Program-made: the position numbers and the translations under genes
Part shown: one piece after another, positions 29,688 through 39,750 of the stretch
Layout: each line of letters opens with the position of its first letter
Position numbering within the stretch: the stretch's first letter is position 1
IMG/VR virus record: IMGVR_UViG_3300027141_000003
Coordinates: 45,913-109,912 of that record
DNA length: 64,000 bases
Strand: one strand, 5' to 3'
DNA from: a virus
Notes under the pieces: model-generated
Databases searched by the model: none
Told to the model about the DNA's origin: nothing
The model's input: only the letters and a program-made list of their open reading frames with translations

Positions 29688-30986
29688 TTAGTTAAAAATT
29701 TCGTTCACGGAACCAAGGAAAGAACCGTTCCACTTTGATTTTTTGATCATTACTTCCTGAGACCCGCCAAGGTCTGAGGACTTCTTAATTGCAGTCTCTG
29801 ATTCTACTGCGTCGACACGCTTTTGTACACCATCAATCGTGCTCTTGATATTTTCAACAGCAGTTGAGAGTGCTGTGTGTTGTTCTGCCAACTCTGAAAT
29901 TCGGCTATCTACGCTCTTGCTGAACGTTTCAACTGTATCTTTAATTGTTGAAACTTGTTCTGCATTTGCCTCTGTAGCTTTATTCAATGTCTCTGAGAAA
30001 AATCCCTTAAGGTCGCCAAGCATTTTAGCAAAATCAGGTTCATCAACCATAACTTCTGATACATCGGCTGCTTTTTCTAGAGTTTCGGCAGGAGCGTCTT
30101 CTACTGGTGCTTCTACAACTGCTGGTGCTTCTTCGGCAACAACTGATGCTTCCGCAACTACAGTCTCTTCGACTGCTGTGTTTTCTGTGTTTTCTGACAC
30201 TTCATTACCTCCTTCTATGTCTGCCTGTTTTGCAATTTGTGTTTCAGGCGTGGACAATCTTGATTTTTTATGTAAATCAAGAATCTTTTTTATTTCTTTT
30301 GCTTTGTTAACATCGTTTGACTCTACCCATCCGATTAGTGTTGCAGGCTTTCCTGTAACTGGGGAATCGTATGATGCTTCTGTTGAAATAAATACTGAGT
30401 CTGAGTCTGCACAATAAAAAATGTTTTCTGCTTTAACTTCAGTTGCTATTCCTTTAAATATTAGTTCGCCGTTCATCTTGGAGATAGAAAGGATGTTACA
30501 TAGTTCGTTTGCTGGAGAGTCGACAATTGAAAGCTCCATTAAAGAATAGTCCTTAATAAATCTTGTTGTCTTACCAGTTGACTTATTGACTTCGTTATCT
30601 GATTCAATAATCTTTCCGCCGATTGAAAATCCTGTTAGAGTTCCATCTAGAACTTTTTCCCAAGTATCTTGAGCACCCTTTGAAACGTATGCGTCAACAT
30701 AGACTCCATTATAAAATTCTTGCGACTTAGCATCATAGTATGTTTCTGGCTTAAATGAAATCATTTTGCCAACTGCATTTGAGCTGTGCATCTCACGAAT
30801 GTTTCCTCGGAAATTTTCAAAAGCTTTAATGCTTGCTTCCATAGTTACTACGTCACCTGTCTGATCAACGTTGTCTAGTGTTGCAAAACCTGAGACAGTA
30901 CGCTTTTCACGGTTGACTTTTGTAAATGGGACCGATAAAACTATCTGATCGCCATTGGAAGACCATAAGGATTTTTCAATGTTCAT
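29688..30986 (-). CDS. prohead protease with C-terminal scaffold-like acidic coiled coil
   Basis: VDQTGDVV, IREMH, GFSIGG and ELSIVDSPAN (HK97-type protease); E/A/P-rich tail. Confidence 0.9.
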   Translation of the reverse strand: MNIEKSLWSSNGDQIVLSVPFTKVNREKRTVSGFATLDNVDQTGDVVTMEASIKAFENFRGNIREMHSSNAVGKMISFKPETYYDAKSQEFYNGVYVDAYVSKGAQDTWEKVLDGTLTGFSIGGKIIESDNEVNKSTGKTTRFIKDYSLMELSIVDSPANELCNILSISKMNGELIFKGIATEVKAENIFYCADSDSVFISTEASYDSPVTGKPATLIGWVESNDVNKAKEIKKILDLHKKSRLSTPETQIAKQADIEGGNEVSENTENTAVEETVVAEASVVAEEAPAVVEAPVEDAPAETLEKAADVSEVMVDEPDFAKMLGDLKGFFSETLNKATEANAEQVSTIKDTVETFSKSVDSRISELAEQHTALSTAVENIKSTIDGVQKRVDAVESETAIKKSSDLGGSQEVMIKKSKWNGSFLGSVNEIFN

Positions 30987-31039
30987 ATGCTTAATTTTAT
31001 AACGTTATCGTATATAAGGCAAATAATGGTTGAGCAGGG

Positions 31040-32623
31040 TCAGTCGACTTGTCTTCCGTCTCCTTGAGCATTTCTTCCCTCTCCAGAAATATCGGGGGAA
31101 TTTGCAGACCTTTCAGAATCTCTAGCTCTGGTTTTTCCTGCCTGTGCTCTAACCTCTGCCTGTGCCTGTGGCTTTAACTCTACAACTTTATCTCCACCAT
31201 CAATTGGAACCATGCCCATTCTAATTCTTACTTCATTAGGAGTTACTACCTGCATCCTTAAATATCTTTCATCAATTTTAGACTGAGTGTCTTCGTCGGT
31301 CAAAGTAAGCTCATTAAATTTAAGAAGCAGGGCATCGGTCATTTCTTCAATAATTTTATTTAATTTCTTTTCTAAATTCATTTGTGCTGGGCGGCATACT
31401 TGCTCTCTAAATGTTTTATCGGCATCTCTGGCTACCGCTAAATTTACTCCCTCTGGAGTTCCAATTTTATTAATTGGCACACGGTGAGATAATAGAATTT
31501 CGTCTCTATTTGATTTACGATATACGTTAAATGAAGACTCTTGGGTTCCCGCCTCAATTGGCTCCATCTTAAATTCAACCTTTGAATCTGGTGAATCTGG
31601 AGGAAGTGGAATATATAGAGATCTATGGTTCTTGCCCCTCAGTCCAACTTGGAAGAACTCAAGCAATTTACGCTCTGACTCTGTAGAAAGCTTTGCACCC
31701 TTTACTGTAATAATGTAACGAGGCACCGCCTTATTCTCAAAGTAATCAAGGTTGTACTTACCAGCAAATTCATTTCCTGCCATTGCATTTGATGACGCTA
31801 CAATATCTGGGATACCGTAGTAGTTATTTGTAGGGGTGTACTTCTTAAGATGAATAATTTCGTTAGGTCTATCTAGTCCGCCTGCAATTGGATTCTCTGT
31901 TTCTTGATCTCCAAATGTACGGAAGAATACTGCCTTGCCATAAAGCAATTGAATAAATCCATCACGCAGTCTACGAATTCTCATAGTCTTTGCTGGAATG
32001 TGACCGATATATCCAATCTTGCCAGCAGATGTTCTGCCGATTTCAATATAGCCATTTCCTGTTGCTTCAACGTCTGTGTATGCTTTAATTAATGTCTCTG
32101 TAAATGTTTCTTCTTCATTGCAATTCTCAAGCCACTCGTATAAATCTTGACGTAGTCTATTTAGCTTTCTACGAGCTCTCTCTAATGATTTATCATCTGT
32201 AATATTATCAAACGCTTCTTGCGTTTTACGTGTTTCAACAAAGTCATGGCCAAGACCAACAATATTTGAAACCTTAGCATTAATTGCTGAATAGTTGTAT
32301 GGAGAAATTTCATAAATAGTTGATAGGTAATCTAGGTTATAAGGAGGCTCAACAAGATCAAACATTGCATAGCCAGTGACTGCTTGCTGCAATAGGTTTT
32401 GCTGTGTCTCTGTTCCGTCAAGACCCTGAAATCTTTTTTGTAGATCTCTATTCATCTTGCGACGAAATGCTGGGCTAAGCCCTGAAATTTTTGTTAGATC
32501 TTCTCCGCTCACCTTAAATAGGTCAGTAGTTGTTTCTTCTCTGGGAGTATTAAACTTCATCCAGTCCGCCACGTTTGAGACTACAATATCTTGTGAGTCA
32601 TCATCTTCTACAAATTTTGTCAT
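31040..32623 (-). CDS. portal protein
   Basis: TGNGYIEI, EIIHLK...YYGIP, YFENKAVP, HRVP and TPNEVR motifs. Confidence 0.93.
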   Translation of the reverse strand: MTKFVEDDDSQDIVVSNVADWMKFNTPREETTTDLFKVSGEDLTKISGLSPAFRRKMNRDLQKRFQGLDGTETQQNLLQQAVTGYAMFDLVEPPYNLDYLSTIYEISPYNYSAINAKVSNIVGLGHDFVETRKTQEAFDNITDDKSLERARRKLNRLRQDLYEWLENCNEEETFTETLIKAYTDVEATGNGYIEIGRTSAGKIGYIGHIPAKTMRIRRLRDGFIQLLYGKAVFFRTFGDQETENPIAGGLDRPNEIIHLKKYTPTNNYYGIPDIVASSNAMAGNEFAGKYNLDYFENKAVPRYIITVKGAKLSTESERKLLEFFQVGLRGKNHRSLYIPLPPDSPDSKVEFKMEPIEAGTQESSFNVYRKSNRDEILLSHRVPINKIGTPEGVNLAVARDADKTFREQVCRPAQMNLEKKLNKIIEEMTDALLLKFNELTLTDEDTQSKIDERYLRMQVVTPNEVRIRMGMVPIDGGDKVVELKPQAQAEVRAQAGKTRARDSERSANSPDISGEGRNAQGDGRQVD

Positions 32624-32961
32624 CTTAGTTTACCTAACTTTTTCATTTCATCTTTATAGTTTCCAATATCCAAAGGATCTGGAACTAGTCCCCACTCAAG
32701 TCTTTGTTTTTGTTCTGCAAACTCTTCGTCGTTGATTTTCCGCCTAGCGGAAAGAAACTTAGGCCCGCCTTCATATATGCCGTATGAGCGAACTTCTCTA
32801 GCCAAAGCATCGATGAGGGATCTATTTCCCTTTTTGGACGTGACCGAAAGATAATTACCATCATCGTCTCCAATCCATCTGCCGTCAGGCATTTCCCAAA
32901 CATATATGCCTAGGGTTGATTCATCTTGCAAAATTTTTGTATTAGTCTTCTTGATGTCCAT
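32620..32961 (-). CDS. conserved hypothetical protein upstream of portal
   Basis: 113 aa; ATGA coupling to the portal; has its own TAAAAT promoter. Confidence 0.7.
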   Translation of the reverse strand: MDIKKTNTKILQDESTLGIYVWEMPDGRWIGDDDGNYLSVTSKKGNRSLIDALAREVRSYGIYEGGPKFLSARRKINDEEFAEQKQRLEWGLVPDPLDIGNYKDEMKKLGKLR

Positions 32962-33024
32962 AGACCTTTATTTTACCATTACTTGCTGTCTAAGTCCAGC
33001 TTTTTGTCAAGGTGCGTGACAAAT

Positions 33025-34770
33025 TTATATACTTTGTACCACGATCCAGTCGTTATCATAGTATTCTGGTGCTTCTTCTGTCACATTGATAGCTGGATCT
33101 ACGACTGAAGTAGAAGGTCTTCCACAATATAAATCAAAATGTGTGTCTACTTCTGTAATTGAAAGGGCTCTAGGGTATAAGGCAATATTATTATATAGAT
33201 TATCTGGCCCCCCAGAAGATTCATAATTAAATTTAAATACTCCCGTAATTGGAGATGCAAATACTAAAACTATGTGGTGAGGCTCTCCTGGGACCAGGAA
33301 ATTGTTTACATTTGTTTGCGATGTCTTATCTACCCCATTGACGTAAAGAGCGCTTATAGAGGCCTTAGAGACCGTTTGAGAGCCATTCCAGGCATACTTA
33401 GTGCCAGAGGCTGCGTGATAAAATAATGTATTTGCGCCATTAGTCTTAGGAGTAAAAAACATCTCTACTGTACTTATATTTAATCCAGTATTAGAATCAA
33501 ATCCATACCCAGACTTAGCCCTAATTCCATTATTGTAGTGTCTAATTAATGGTGAATAATTTAATGATCCGACTCTAAATTGACTATTAGATCCAATATA
33601 ACTATTTGAGTTGTCTGCATACACCAAGGATTCTCTATAGAACCTGATTGAAAAATAAGAAAGTCTAGGAAGGAACTTACTAGCATCTGTAGTAGACATT
33701 GTGATTTTTATATAAAGTAGCCCACTAGAATTAAATGATCCTTTTGTGTATTGTGGGATAGAGTCTCCATTTTCACACACTACATAATTAGTTCCATCTA
33801 TACTGGTTTGAACTGTAATTCCTAAGTCGTTCCGCCATTCAATTTTTGAATTTGTCAATCCACTTTCTGTTGGAATAAATAAAAAGTCTTCAATAATTAA
33901 TGTTTTTGAGATAGCGGTTTCAGTCGGAATAAAGGATACATATTGACCTACTTCATCATAATAAGTATTAGAATCTATTACCTCGTCCCAAGGCTTGGAT
34001 ACACCGTATATGTAATCAAAGTCCACTCTGTTATTTAAATCTGAGCAAGAAAACACTGTGCCATTTTCTGGGTGCGCCACATGAATTGGCTGTATGTAAT
34101 AATTGCCGTCATTGAAATGCTTTAATATCTTATCTCCTGTTAGCCCATATCTATATACCGCTGGAGCATCTACAATAAAGGAGTCAGACACATTTGAGGT
34201 TGGACCAATTTGTAAGTCTAACTGTGTATTAGTAAATTTAAATGAAGAGTCTATAGATTTAATTGCTACCTGCTTACCATCTATAAACAAGCTAATAGAA
34301 TCAACCGAATAAACTCCTGCTACGTGAATAGCTTTTTTGCTATAAAATAATGCCCATCTAATTTGCTCCGTACTGGAAATTTTAAACACTACATCTCCCT
34401 TTTCATAATATAAACCTATGCCGTCTGCAACATCTGCAAACAGAGGGGTTGATGTGGAAGATTGAATATCTTGACTTACCCATAGCTCTAAGGTAAAGTC
34501 ATTGTCTGAAGAGTATTTGTTTCCTAGCCCATTTGAAACAGATGAGCCATAGAAGTCTTTTGATGTTGGTAGTGTTATATAAGCAGTATTAGTTATTTTG
34601 GTTCCTGATCCGCCGCCTGCAATAATTGGCAACATGTTTGATGCGGGAGATCCCACATATGTAGCATTATTTCCACACCCTGAAATATCTGCGGCATTAG
34701 TCCCCGAAGTCTCATCCAGTGGCCAAAACCCAATTGGATAATCTTTGATAACCTTCAGTGTATACGTCAT
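33025..34770 (-). CDS. LamG/concanavalin-A-like virion protein
   Basis: PIGFWPLDETSGTNAADISG, FTLELWV, HVAGVY...LFIDG, and a second LamG-like unit (HHIVLVF...IALYPRALS). Confidence 0.8.
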   Translation of the reverse strand: MTYTLKVIKDYPIGFWPLDETSGTNAADISGCGNNATYVGSPASNMLPIIAGGGSGTKITNTAYITLPTSKDFYGSSVSNGLGNKYSSDNDFTLELWVSQDIQSSTSTPLFADVADGIGLYYEKGDVVFKISSTEQIRWALFYSKKAIHVAGVYSVDSISLFIDGKQVAIKSIDSSFKFTNTQLDLQIGPTSNVSDSFIVDAPAVYRYGLTGDKILKHFNDGNYYIQPIHVAHPENGTVFSCSDLNNRVDFDYIYGVSKPWDEVIDSNTYYDEVGQYVSFIPTETAISKTLIIEDFLFIPTESGLTNSKIEWRNDLGITVQTSIDGTNYVVCENGDSIPQYTKGSFNSSGLLYIKITMSTTDASKFLPRLSYFSIRFYRESLVYADNSNSYIGSNSQFRVGSLNYSPLIRHYNNGIRAKSGYGFDSNTGLNISTVEMFFTPKTNGANTLFYHAASGTKYAWNGSQTVSKASISALYVNGVDKTSQTNVNNFLVPGEPHHIVLVFASPITGVFKFNYESSGGPDNLYNNIALYPRALSITEVDTHFDLYCGRPSTSVVDPAINVTEEAPEYYDNDWIVVQSI

Positions 34771-34791
34771 AATTCTATTATATACTAACTC

Positions 34792-35385
34792 TTACCTTTT
34801 GAAAAAGAATATGGGCACCATATACTTAGTTCCAGATATTGTTGGCTTTGGATCATGCAAAACTCCTTCTGAGGCAAATACAACTACGCTTCCAGCTTCT
34901 GGCTTTAATGATATGCCGTGATCTGGGAATTCTATTTCTCCGCCTTCGTAGTCATCATTTAAATACATAACCATTGAAACAGTAGATGTATGCTCTGCCC
35001 CATCGTATGCGTCTACATGCGCCCCCATATGAACACCAACATTATATTTATTTATACCAAAATAAACTGGTAAGTATCCTAGTTCTATTCCAGAACTAGC
35101 AGCATACTCTTCACCTATTGAGATTACATTTTGTGTAATCATAGAGCAAAGTTTGGCATTACTTCTATCTGCATCCGTAATGTTTTGAAACATATTTAAA
35201 AAGCATTTTTTTAGCTTCCCATAAGAAACATTACTATTTGATGCATTCCACTGTTCCCATTGTGATATTTGAGAAAAGGGACCCTGAAAGGCATCCATAT
35301 CTTCAATCTCTTTTACAAAGGATATCGGGTCTGCAATAACATTTTTATAGTAATGTATTTCAGGATGTAAAATTTCTTTAATCAT
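34792..35385 (-). CDS. 2OG-Fe(II) dioxygenase, prolyl 4-hydroxylase-like
   Basis: HVD...YLNDDYEGGE...H...KY; likely start MIKEI. Confidence 0.88.
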   Translation of the reverse strand: MIKEILHPEIHYYKNVIADPISFVKEIEDMDAFQGPFSQISQWEQWNASNSNVSYGKLKKCFLNMFQNITDADRSNAKLCSMITQNVISIGEEYAASSGIELGYLPVYFGINKYNVGVHMGAHVDAYDGAEHTSTVSMVMYLNDDYEGGEIEFPDHGISLKPEAGSVVVFASEGVLHDPKPTISGTKYMVPIFFFKR

Positions 35386-36085
35386 ATTTACCTTTATATG
35401 TTGGAATGTTGCCAACTTCTTGGCCCTTCTTCCACTCCTTATAGGTTTCTTCTTGTTCTGCTCTTGTTTGCTTTAATTCAGATTCCCACTCCGCTATCTG
35501 CTCTGGAGTGTAAACAGCATCTGCATTATCCCAAAAGGATCCAACCGTGTATCTTTCTGCATTTTTAACAGTAGTCACTTCATGCTCATTGCCATGCCCA
35601 CCTTTAAAGAAGGCCAATCTTCCTGGCTTTGCTTTGACCACTATATCGTGATGTTTAAAGTTTAGGTCCCCACCTTCAAAATTATCATTTAGATATAAGA
35701 ATCCAGCATACTTACTTTTATAAAATGCAGATGGGCTTCCGTCTTCATGTGTATTGTCTGAATGAAAACTAGCAAATGCTCCAATAACCCATTTTTGTGC
35801 ATGATAGCTTACCTCTGATAGCTCTCTACCAAAACACTCTTCTCCAGCTTTTTTAATTTTTTCCTTTAATTGAGAAAAGTAATCTGATGGCAGCCCAAAC
35901 AACAATAGGTTATCGTCATGTGGCCAGTAGCCCATGGCAAATGAGCCATAAAAAGAAATTTGGTTCCACTCTAAATGTCCTGCATTTACAATTCCGTCTA
36001 GGTATCCAATAATAGACTTACATTCCTCTTCTGTTATTAAATTATCAATAATAAAGACATCGTCTTTTAAAGCTGTTATTTCCAT
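35378..36085 (-). CDS. 2OG-Fe(II) dioxygenase, prolyl 4-hydroxylase-like
   Basis: HSD...YLNDNFEGGD...H...RY. Confidence 0.88.
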   Translation of the reverse strand: MEITALKDDVFIIDNLITEEECKSIIGYLDGIVNAGHLEWNQISFYGSFAMGYWPHDDNLLLFGLPSDYFSQLKEKIKKAGEECFGRELSEVSYHAQKWVIGAFASFHSDNTHEDGSPSAFYKSKYAGFLYLNDNFEGGDLNFKHHDIVVKAKPGRLAFFKGGHGNEHEVTTVKNAERYTVGSFWDNADAVYTPEQIAEWESELKQTRAEQEETYKEWKKGQEVGNIPTYKGKYD

Positions 36086-36927
36086 TAGCATTCCTTCTTT
36101 TCTGCTTTAGATACAAAATCTAAATGATCTTCTATTTCTTTTTTAGTTGGCTCAACCTTTTGGCCATCTTTAAACACTAAGTTTCCTCCATAAATGTCGG
36201 CGTCTATTCTTGCCTGTTCCATTTCGGCCCAACGTTTTGCCCCATACTTAAGCTGGTTAGCAAGCCACTCTTCTGATCCTGCATACGGGTAGATCATAAA
36301 GTTTCTAATAAGATACTTGTTACCTCTAGTAGCTGTTCTAACTCCGTGATAATAAGGCTCTCCAGATGGAAATACCATGATGTCTCCAGCCTCTGGTTTA
36401 TATGCAGGAACAAATTCCCCGTCTACATAAAATTCAATCTCTCCACCTTCATAGTCATCATTGATGTAAACAGTGCATGTTAAGAAAAATTGATTGCCTG
36501 GCATGTCTTTTTCGCTTTGCTTAAAATCTGTATGGTACTGCATTGTTAAATTATTTTTTAAAGCGTCTACATTTGTGTGGTATTTACAGAAAGAAGAAGA
36601 GCCAAGCTTGCAATCTTCTGGAAGATCAATTTTATACTTATCAATATAATCATCAATTGCTAAGTTATAGGCATCATATACTGTTTCTGCGGCCCAATAT
36701 TGCAGATCAAACTCTTCATCTTTACCCAATTGATCTTGAACCCCACCTTTAAATTTTGTGCTGGCATAATTACCGAAAGCACTCCAAGGGGTCCATGGGT
36801 TAAAGTATTTGTCTCCAGTATTGTTTTCTGTAGATTGAATTACTTCAAATATTTTCTTATGATCTGGTAGTAAGTTTTTGTAAACTTCAATTCTAGGATA
36901 TAGTGTTTTTGTTACAAGACTCGACAT
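36085..36927 (-). CDS. 2OG-Fe(II) dioxygenase, prolyl 4-hydroxylase-like
   Basis: HTD...YINDDYEGGE...HGV...KY. Confidence 0.88.
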   Translation of the reverse strand: MSSLVTKTLYPRIEVYKNLLPDHKKIFEVIQSTENNTGDKYFNPWTPWSAFGNYASTKFKGGVQDQLGKDEEFDLQYWAAETVYDAYNLAIDDYIDKYKIDLPEDCKLGSSSFCKYHTNVDALKNNLTMQYHTDFKQSEKDMPGNQFFLTCTVYINDDYEGGEIEFYVDGEFVPAYKPEAGDIMVFPSGEPYYHGVRTATRGNKYLIRNFMIYPYAGSEEWLANQLKYGAKRWAEMEQARIDADIYGGNLVFKDGQKVEPTKKEIEDHLDFVSKAEKKEC

Positions 36928-37595
36928 TATTTGCCTCTTCCCAACTTATCTATTGTCCAGAACCACGGAGAAGTGTATCTGGTGCCTTCTGTAATTATAT
37001 CAACACCGTGAATATAATTTAAATCTCCAGGGAAAAAATAGGCTGCTTTTTTCTTTGGCTTAAAAGCAACTTTTTGTTTAGGGAAATGCAACCTACCACC
37101 TTCGTAGTCTTCATTTAAATAAAAGATTGTTCCTAAGTCATACCAAGGGAAGTTACCTGGCTTGCCAGCATCTGGACCTTCATGTAGCTCTTTGTCGGCA
37201 TGGGGCCATTGCATTGATCCAACTGGCCATCTAACTAGACACGGTCCAGTAGGCGTTACCTCTACATCAAAATGTTCTTCTATAACTGGCTTTAATCTGT
37301 TAATGATTACTTCAAGCATTTCTACTACTTCTGGCCCTGTTTGATCTAAGGACTTCTTCGTAGCTACTCGGTCTTTCCAGACATTATGCTGGTAAATAAT
37401 TGTTCCGTTTTCGTTGTATACATCTTCGCCTGGATCCCAAGTTGTATTATTTTTAGCAAACTCTAGGAGGTAATCACACTCTTCATCTGTTAAAAAATTT
37501 TCAACTTCTACTATATTCTCTGGGCCTGCGCCAAAATATCCAGATGGTGTTATAGACGTTCTGTGATCTCTTATGTCGGAAATGTTTTTATCCAT
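36927..37595 (-). CDS. 2OG-Fe(II) dioxygenase, prolyl 4-hydroxylase-like
   Basis: NFLTDEEC, HAD...YLNEDYEGG...HGV...RY. Confidence 0.88.
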   Translation of the reverse strand: MDKNISDIRDHRTSITPSGYFGAGPENIVEVENFLTDEECDYLLEFAKNNTTWDPGEDVYNENGTIIYQHNVWKDRVATKKSLDQTGPEVVEMLEVIINRLKPVIEEHFDVEVTPTGPCLVRWPVGSMQWPHADKELHEGPDAGKPGNFPWYDLGTIFYLNEDYEGGRLHFPKQKVAFKPKKKAAYFFPGDLNYIHGVDIITEGTRYTSPWFWTIDKLGRGK

Positions 37596-37611
37596 TTATT
37601 ATATCCTTTTC

Positions 37612-38340
37612 TTATTCATACTTTTTGGGAACCCAAGTTTTTTGCTTATAAACTCCATATTTTACTTTTCCTAAACTATCTTCTCTATAAATTTTTGTAT
37701 GTGCTTCGTGGCTATTTGCCATTTCTTGTTCTGTAAACAAGTTAAATTCGGAAGACCAATTTTCTCTTTTGTAGGGGAAAATTTGTGCGTAAGGAGTTCC
37801 TTTTTTAATTATACCCTGAAAAGTATTTTTTATAAAAAACGGGATAAGCCCTGGGGCCCCGTACTTATCACTATCAATTATACCTCCTGTGGTCAAAAAA
37901 GGCAGCTCGAAATGATTTATAGGTTGCATTACAAGGGCGCTATAGCCCTTTGGTAAAGTGAACCCCCAGTCTGGGTACCAATGAAATCCTTGGTTGTAAT
38001 ATCCTTCTGGATAGTGGAATTGACCCATATGAGGCCTGCCTTCACAAAACCCCGCAAAACCTTGCTCTGGCTGAATATAAATACTATCGTTATATTTAGT
38101 AACCGCTACATCACATGGGGTTGTAAACATATATCCTGAAGAAAAAACATCATGTAATGCTGGACAAGATTTAAATCCAGGACCTTTGCTATTGTCTGGT
38201 GGTAAATCTATTACTGCGTCATTTTCATCAGTCCAATATTTGCTTGCATTTAAAAACCAATCTGGAGTAGTTTTTTTTGCTGGAGAAGGCACAGTATTTT
38301 TATCGTTATATGCCCTATTGGAATTAAAAACAATTTTCAT
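37612..38340 (-). CDS. DUF6065-related hypothetical protein
   Basis: PDWF...KSCPA...GY...P.D, TLPKGYS...P.N, IKKGTPYAQIFP; a divergent relative of the two upstream genes. Confidence 0.55.
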   Translation of the reverse strand: MKIVFNSNRAYNDKNTVPSPAKKTTPDWFLNASKYWTDENDAVIDLPPDNSKGPGFKSCPALHDVFSSGYMFTTPCDVAVTKYNDSIYIQPEQGFAGFCEGRPHMGQFHYPEGYYNQGFHWYPDWGFTLPKGYSALVMQPINHFELPFLTTGGIIDSDKYGAPGLIPFFIKNTFQGIIKKGTPYAQIFPYKRENWSSEFNLFTEQEMANSHEAHTKIYREDSLGKVKYGVYKQKTWVPKKYE

Positions 38341-39059
38341 TTATTTAGATTCTTAACATCTAGCTTAATTGATTTAACTTCATGCTCTCCTAGAGCATTA
38401 CCCATGTAGTCTACGGCATCTCTGTAGTAATCCGTCCACTTACCTTCGGCATTAGCTTTTTCAGCAGCAGCCATTGCTCCCTCAAGAGTAAGAGGGATAT
38501 CTCTTTTTAGAAAAGGAGCATCGTGTCCTTCTCCCAAATTAATTGTAGAATTATTTAATTGAGTAAGAGATATTGGCATTATTGCAATTATAGGATCATT
38601 TGCCTTTATTGTAATTGGTACAAATGGTCTTGTAATTTTCCATGCAACTGGGAGAGGCCCTTCAAAAAAAGATGTAGTTAAAATACTTGTGACTGCGCTG
38701 GCCCCATCTACAAAATGATTAGGAACTGGGAAAGATAAAAGGCTGTAGTCTTTATCCGTTACAAATCTAAGGTTGGTTTTAAAGTTAATTGTTGCGTGTC
38801 CTCTACCAGTTTCACAGTATTTTTCTCCTTCTAAAATTTTTACATTGTCTGGATAGGTGCTTGTTATTCCATCCCACATAAAGGTTATATTTTCAGGAAA
38901 AGACAATCCCCATCCTATTTGATTGCTAAGTGTAATTGGAAAACATCTATATGCATGCTTATGAGCAGTTTCATCCATCCAGTCTCTTTTTGCAGAAAGT
39001 GGTGTTATGTTTGCAGAAAATGAAGATCCTGAAACCTTATAGGCATTTAAATTAATCAT
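38337..39059 (-). CDS. DUF6065-like protein
   Basis: KRDWMDETAHKHAYRCFPITLSNQIGW...PVPN...WKITRP...YRDA; likely start MINL. Confidence 0.7.
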   Translation of the reverse strand: MINLNAYKVSGSSFSANITPLSAKRDWMDETAHKHAYRCFPITLSNQIGWGLSFPENITFMWDGITSTYPDNVKILEGEKYCETGRGHATINFKTNLRFVTDKDYSLLSFPVPNHFVDGASAVTSILTTSFFEGPLPVAWKITRPFVPITIKANDPIIAIMPISLTQLNNSTINLGEGHDAPFLKRDIPLTLEGAMAAAEKANAEGKWTDYYRDAVDYMGNALGEHEVKSIKLDVKNLNK

Positions 39060-39750
39060 TATTTTTTCCCCCTTCAATAACATAAAGACTTATTTTTTTT
39101 GTTTCGTGCTGGCCTACAACATTTCCATATTGGTCTAATCCGTCTCTGTACCAGTTTGTAAATCCATTTTTCGATAAACTAAATTCTTGCATTTTTTTCA
39201 TGTATTCTTCGTCATGTTTTAAATTGGGCACTTCTTTATTGTGCATTGTAATTGATGACTTATTCAATTCGGACAAAGATATCGGAATTATTGATGCTAC
39301 GGGTGTGCCAGCTTTAATGGTAATAACTTTATTTTTAGACAGAACCTTCCATACAACTTGAAGTCCTGCTGTATAAAAAGATGAAGATGTTATTGAAGTA
39401 AGGCATTGAACATCTTCTGCAATTTGATTTGGAACGGGCATAGTTAAAATACTAAAATTTGAATCTGTTTTAAATATTAAATTTGTTGCAAAACATATTA
39501 CTGATTGCCCACGTTCAAAAAAACAATATTCTTCTCCGCTTATTACTTCTATCCCAGACTCATTTCCATTATCATTTAAAACAAATGAAATATCTTTTGG
39601 GAATGATATACCCCATCCAAGTTCATTTGATATAGTCAATGGCGGACAGTTGTATGCATATGGATGAGTTTGCATCCATTCTCTCTGTGGCTTTAATGGA
39701 GATAGTATTGCCTCTAAGCCACCTGTTCTATAGCAATCAAAGTCTATCAA
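39052..39750 (-). CDS. DUF6065-like protein (paralog)
   Basis: QREWM...AYNCPPLTISNELGW...PVPN...WK...YRDG; aligns by eye with 38337..39059. Confidence 0.7.
   Translation of the reverse strand: MIDFDCYRTGGLEAILSPLKPQREWMQTHPYAYNCPPLTISNELGWGISFPKDISFVLNDNGNESGIEVISGEEYCFFERGQSVICFATNLIFKTDSNFSILTMPVPNQIAEDVQCLTSITSSSFYTAGLQVVWKVLSKNKVITIKAGTPVASIIPISLSELNKSSITMHNKEVPNLKHDEEYMKKMQEFSLSKNGFTNWYRDGLDQYGNVVGQHETKKISLYVIEGGKNND

Noticed and set aside
32620-34770. Terminase expected next to the portal
   Set aside because: No ATPase or nuclease motifs here; the terminase presumably lies outside the window, so its absence is not informative.
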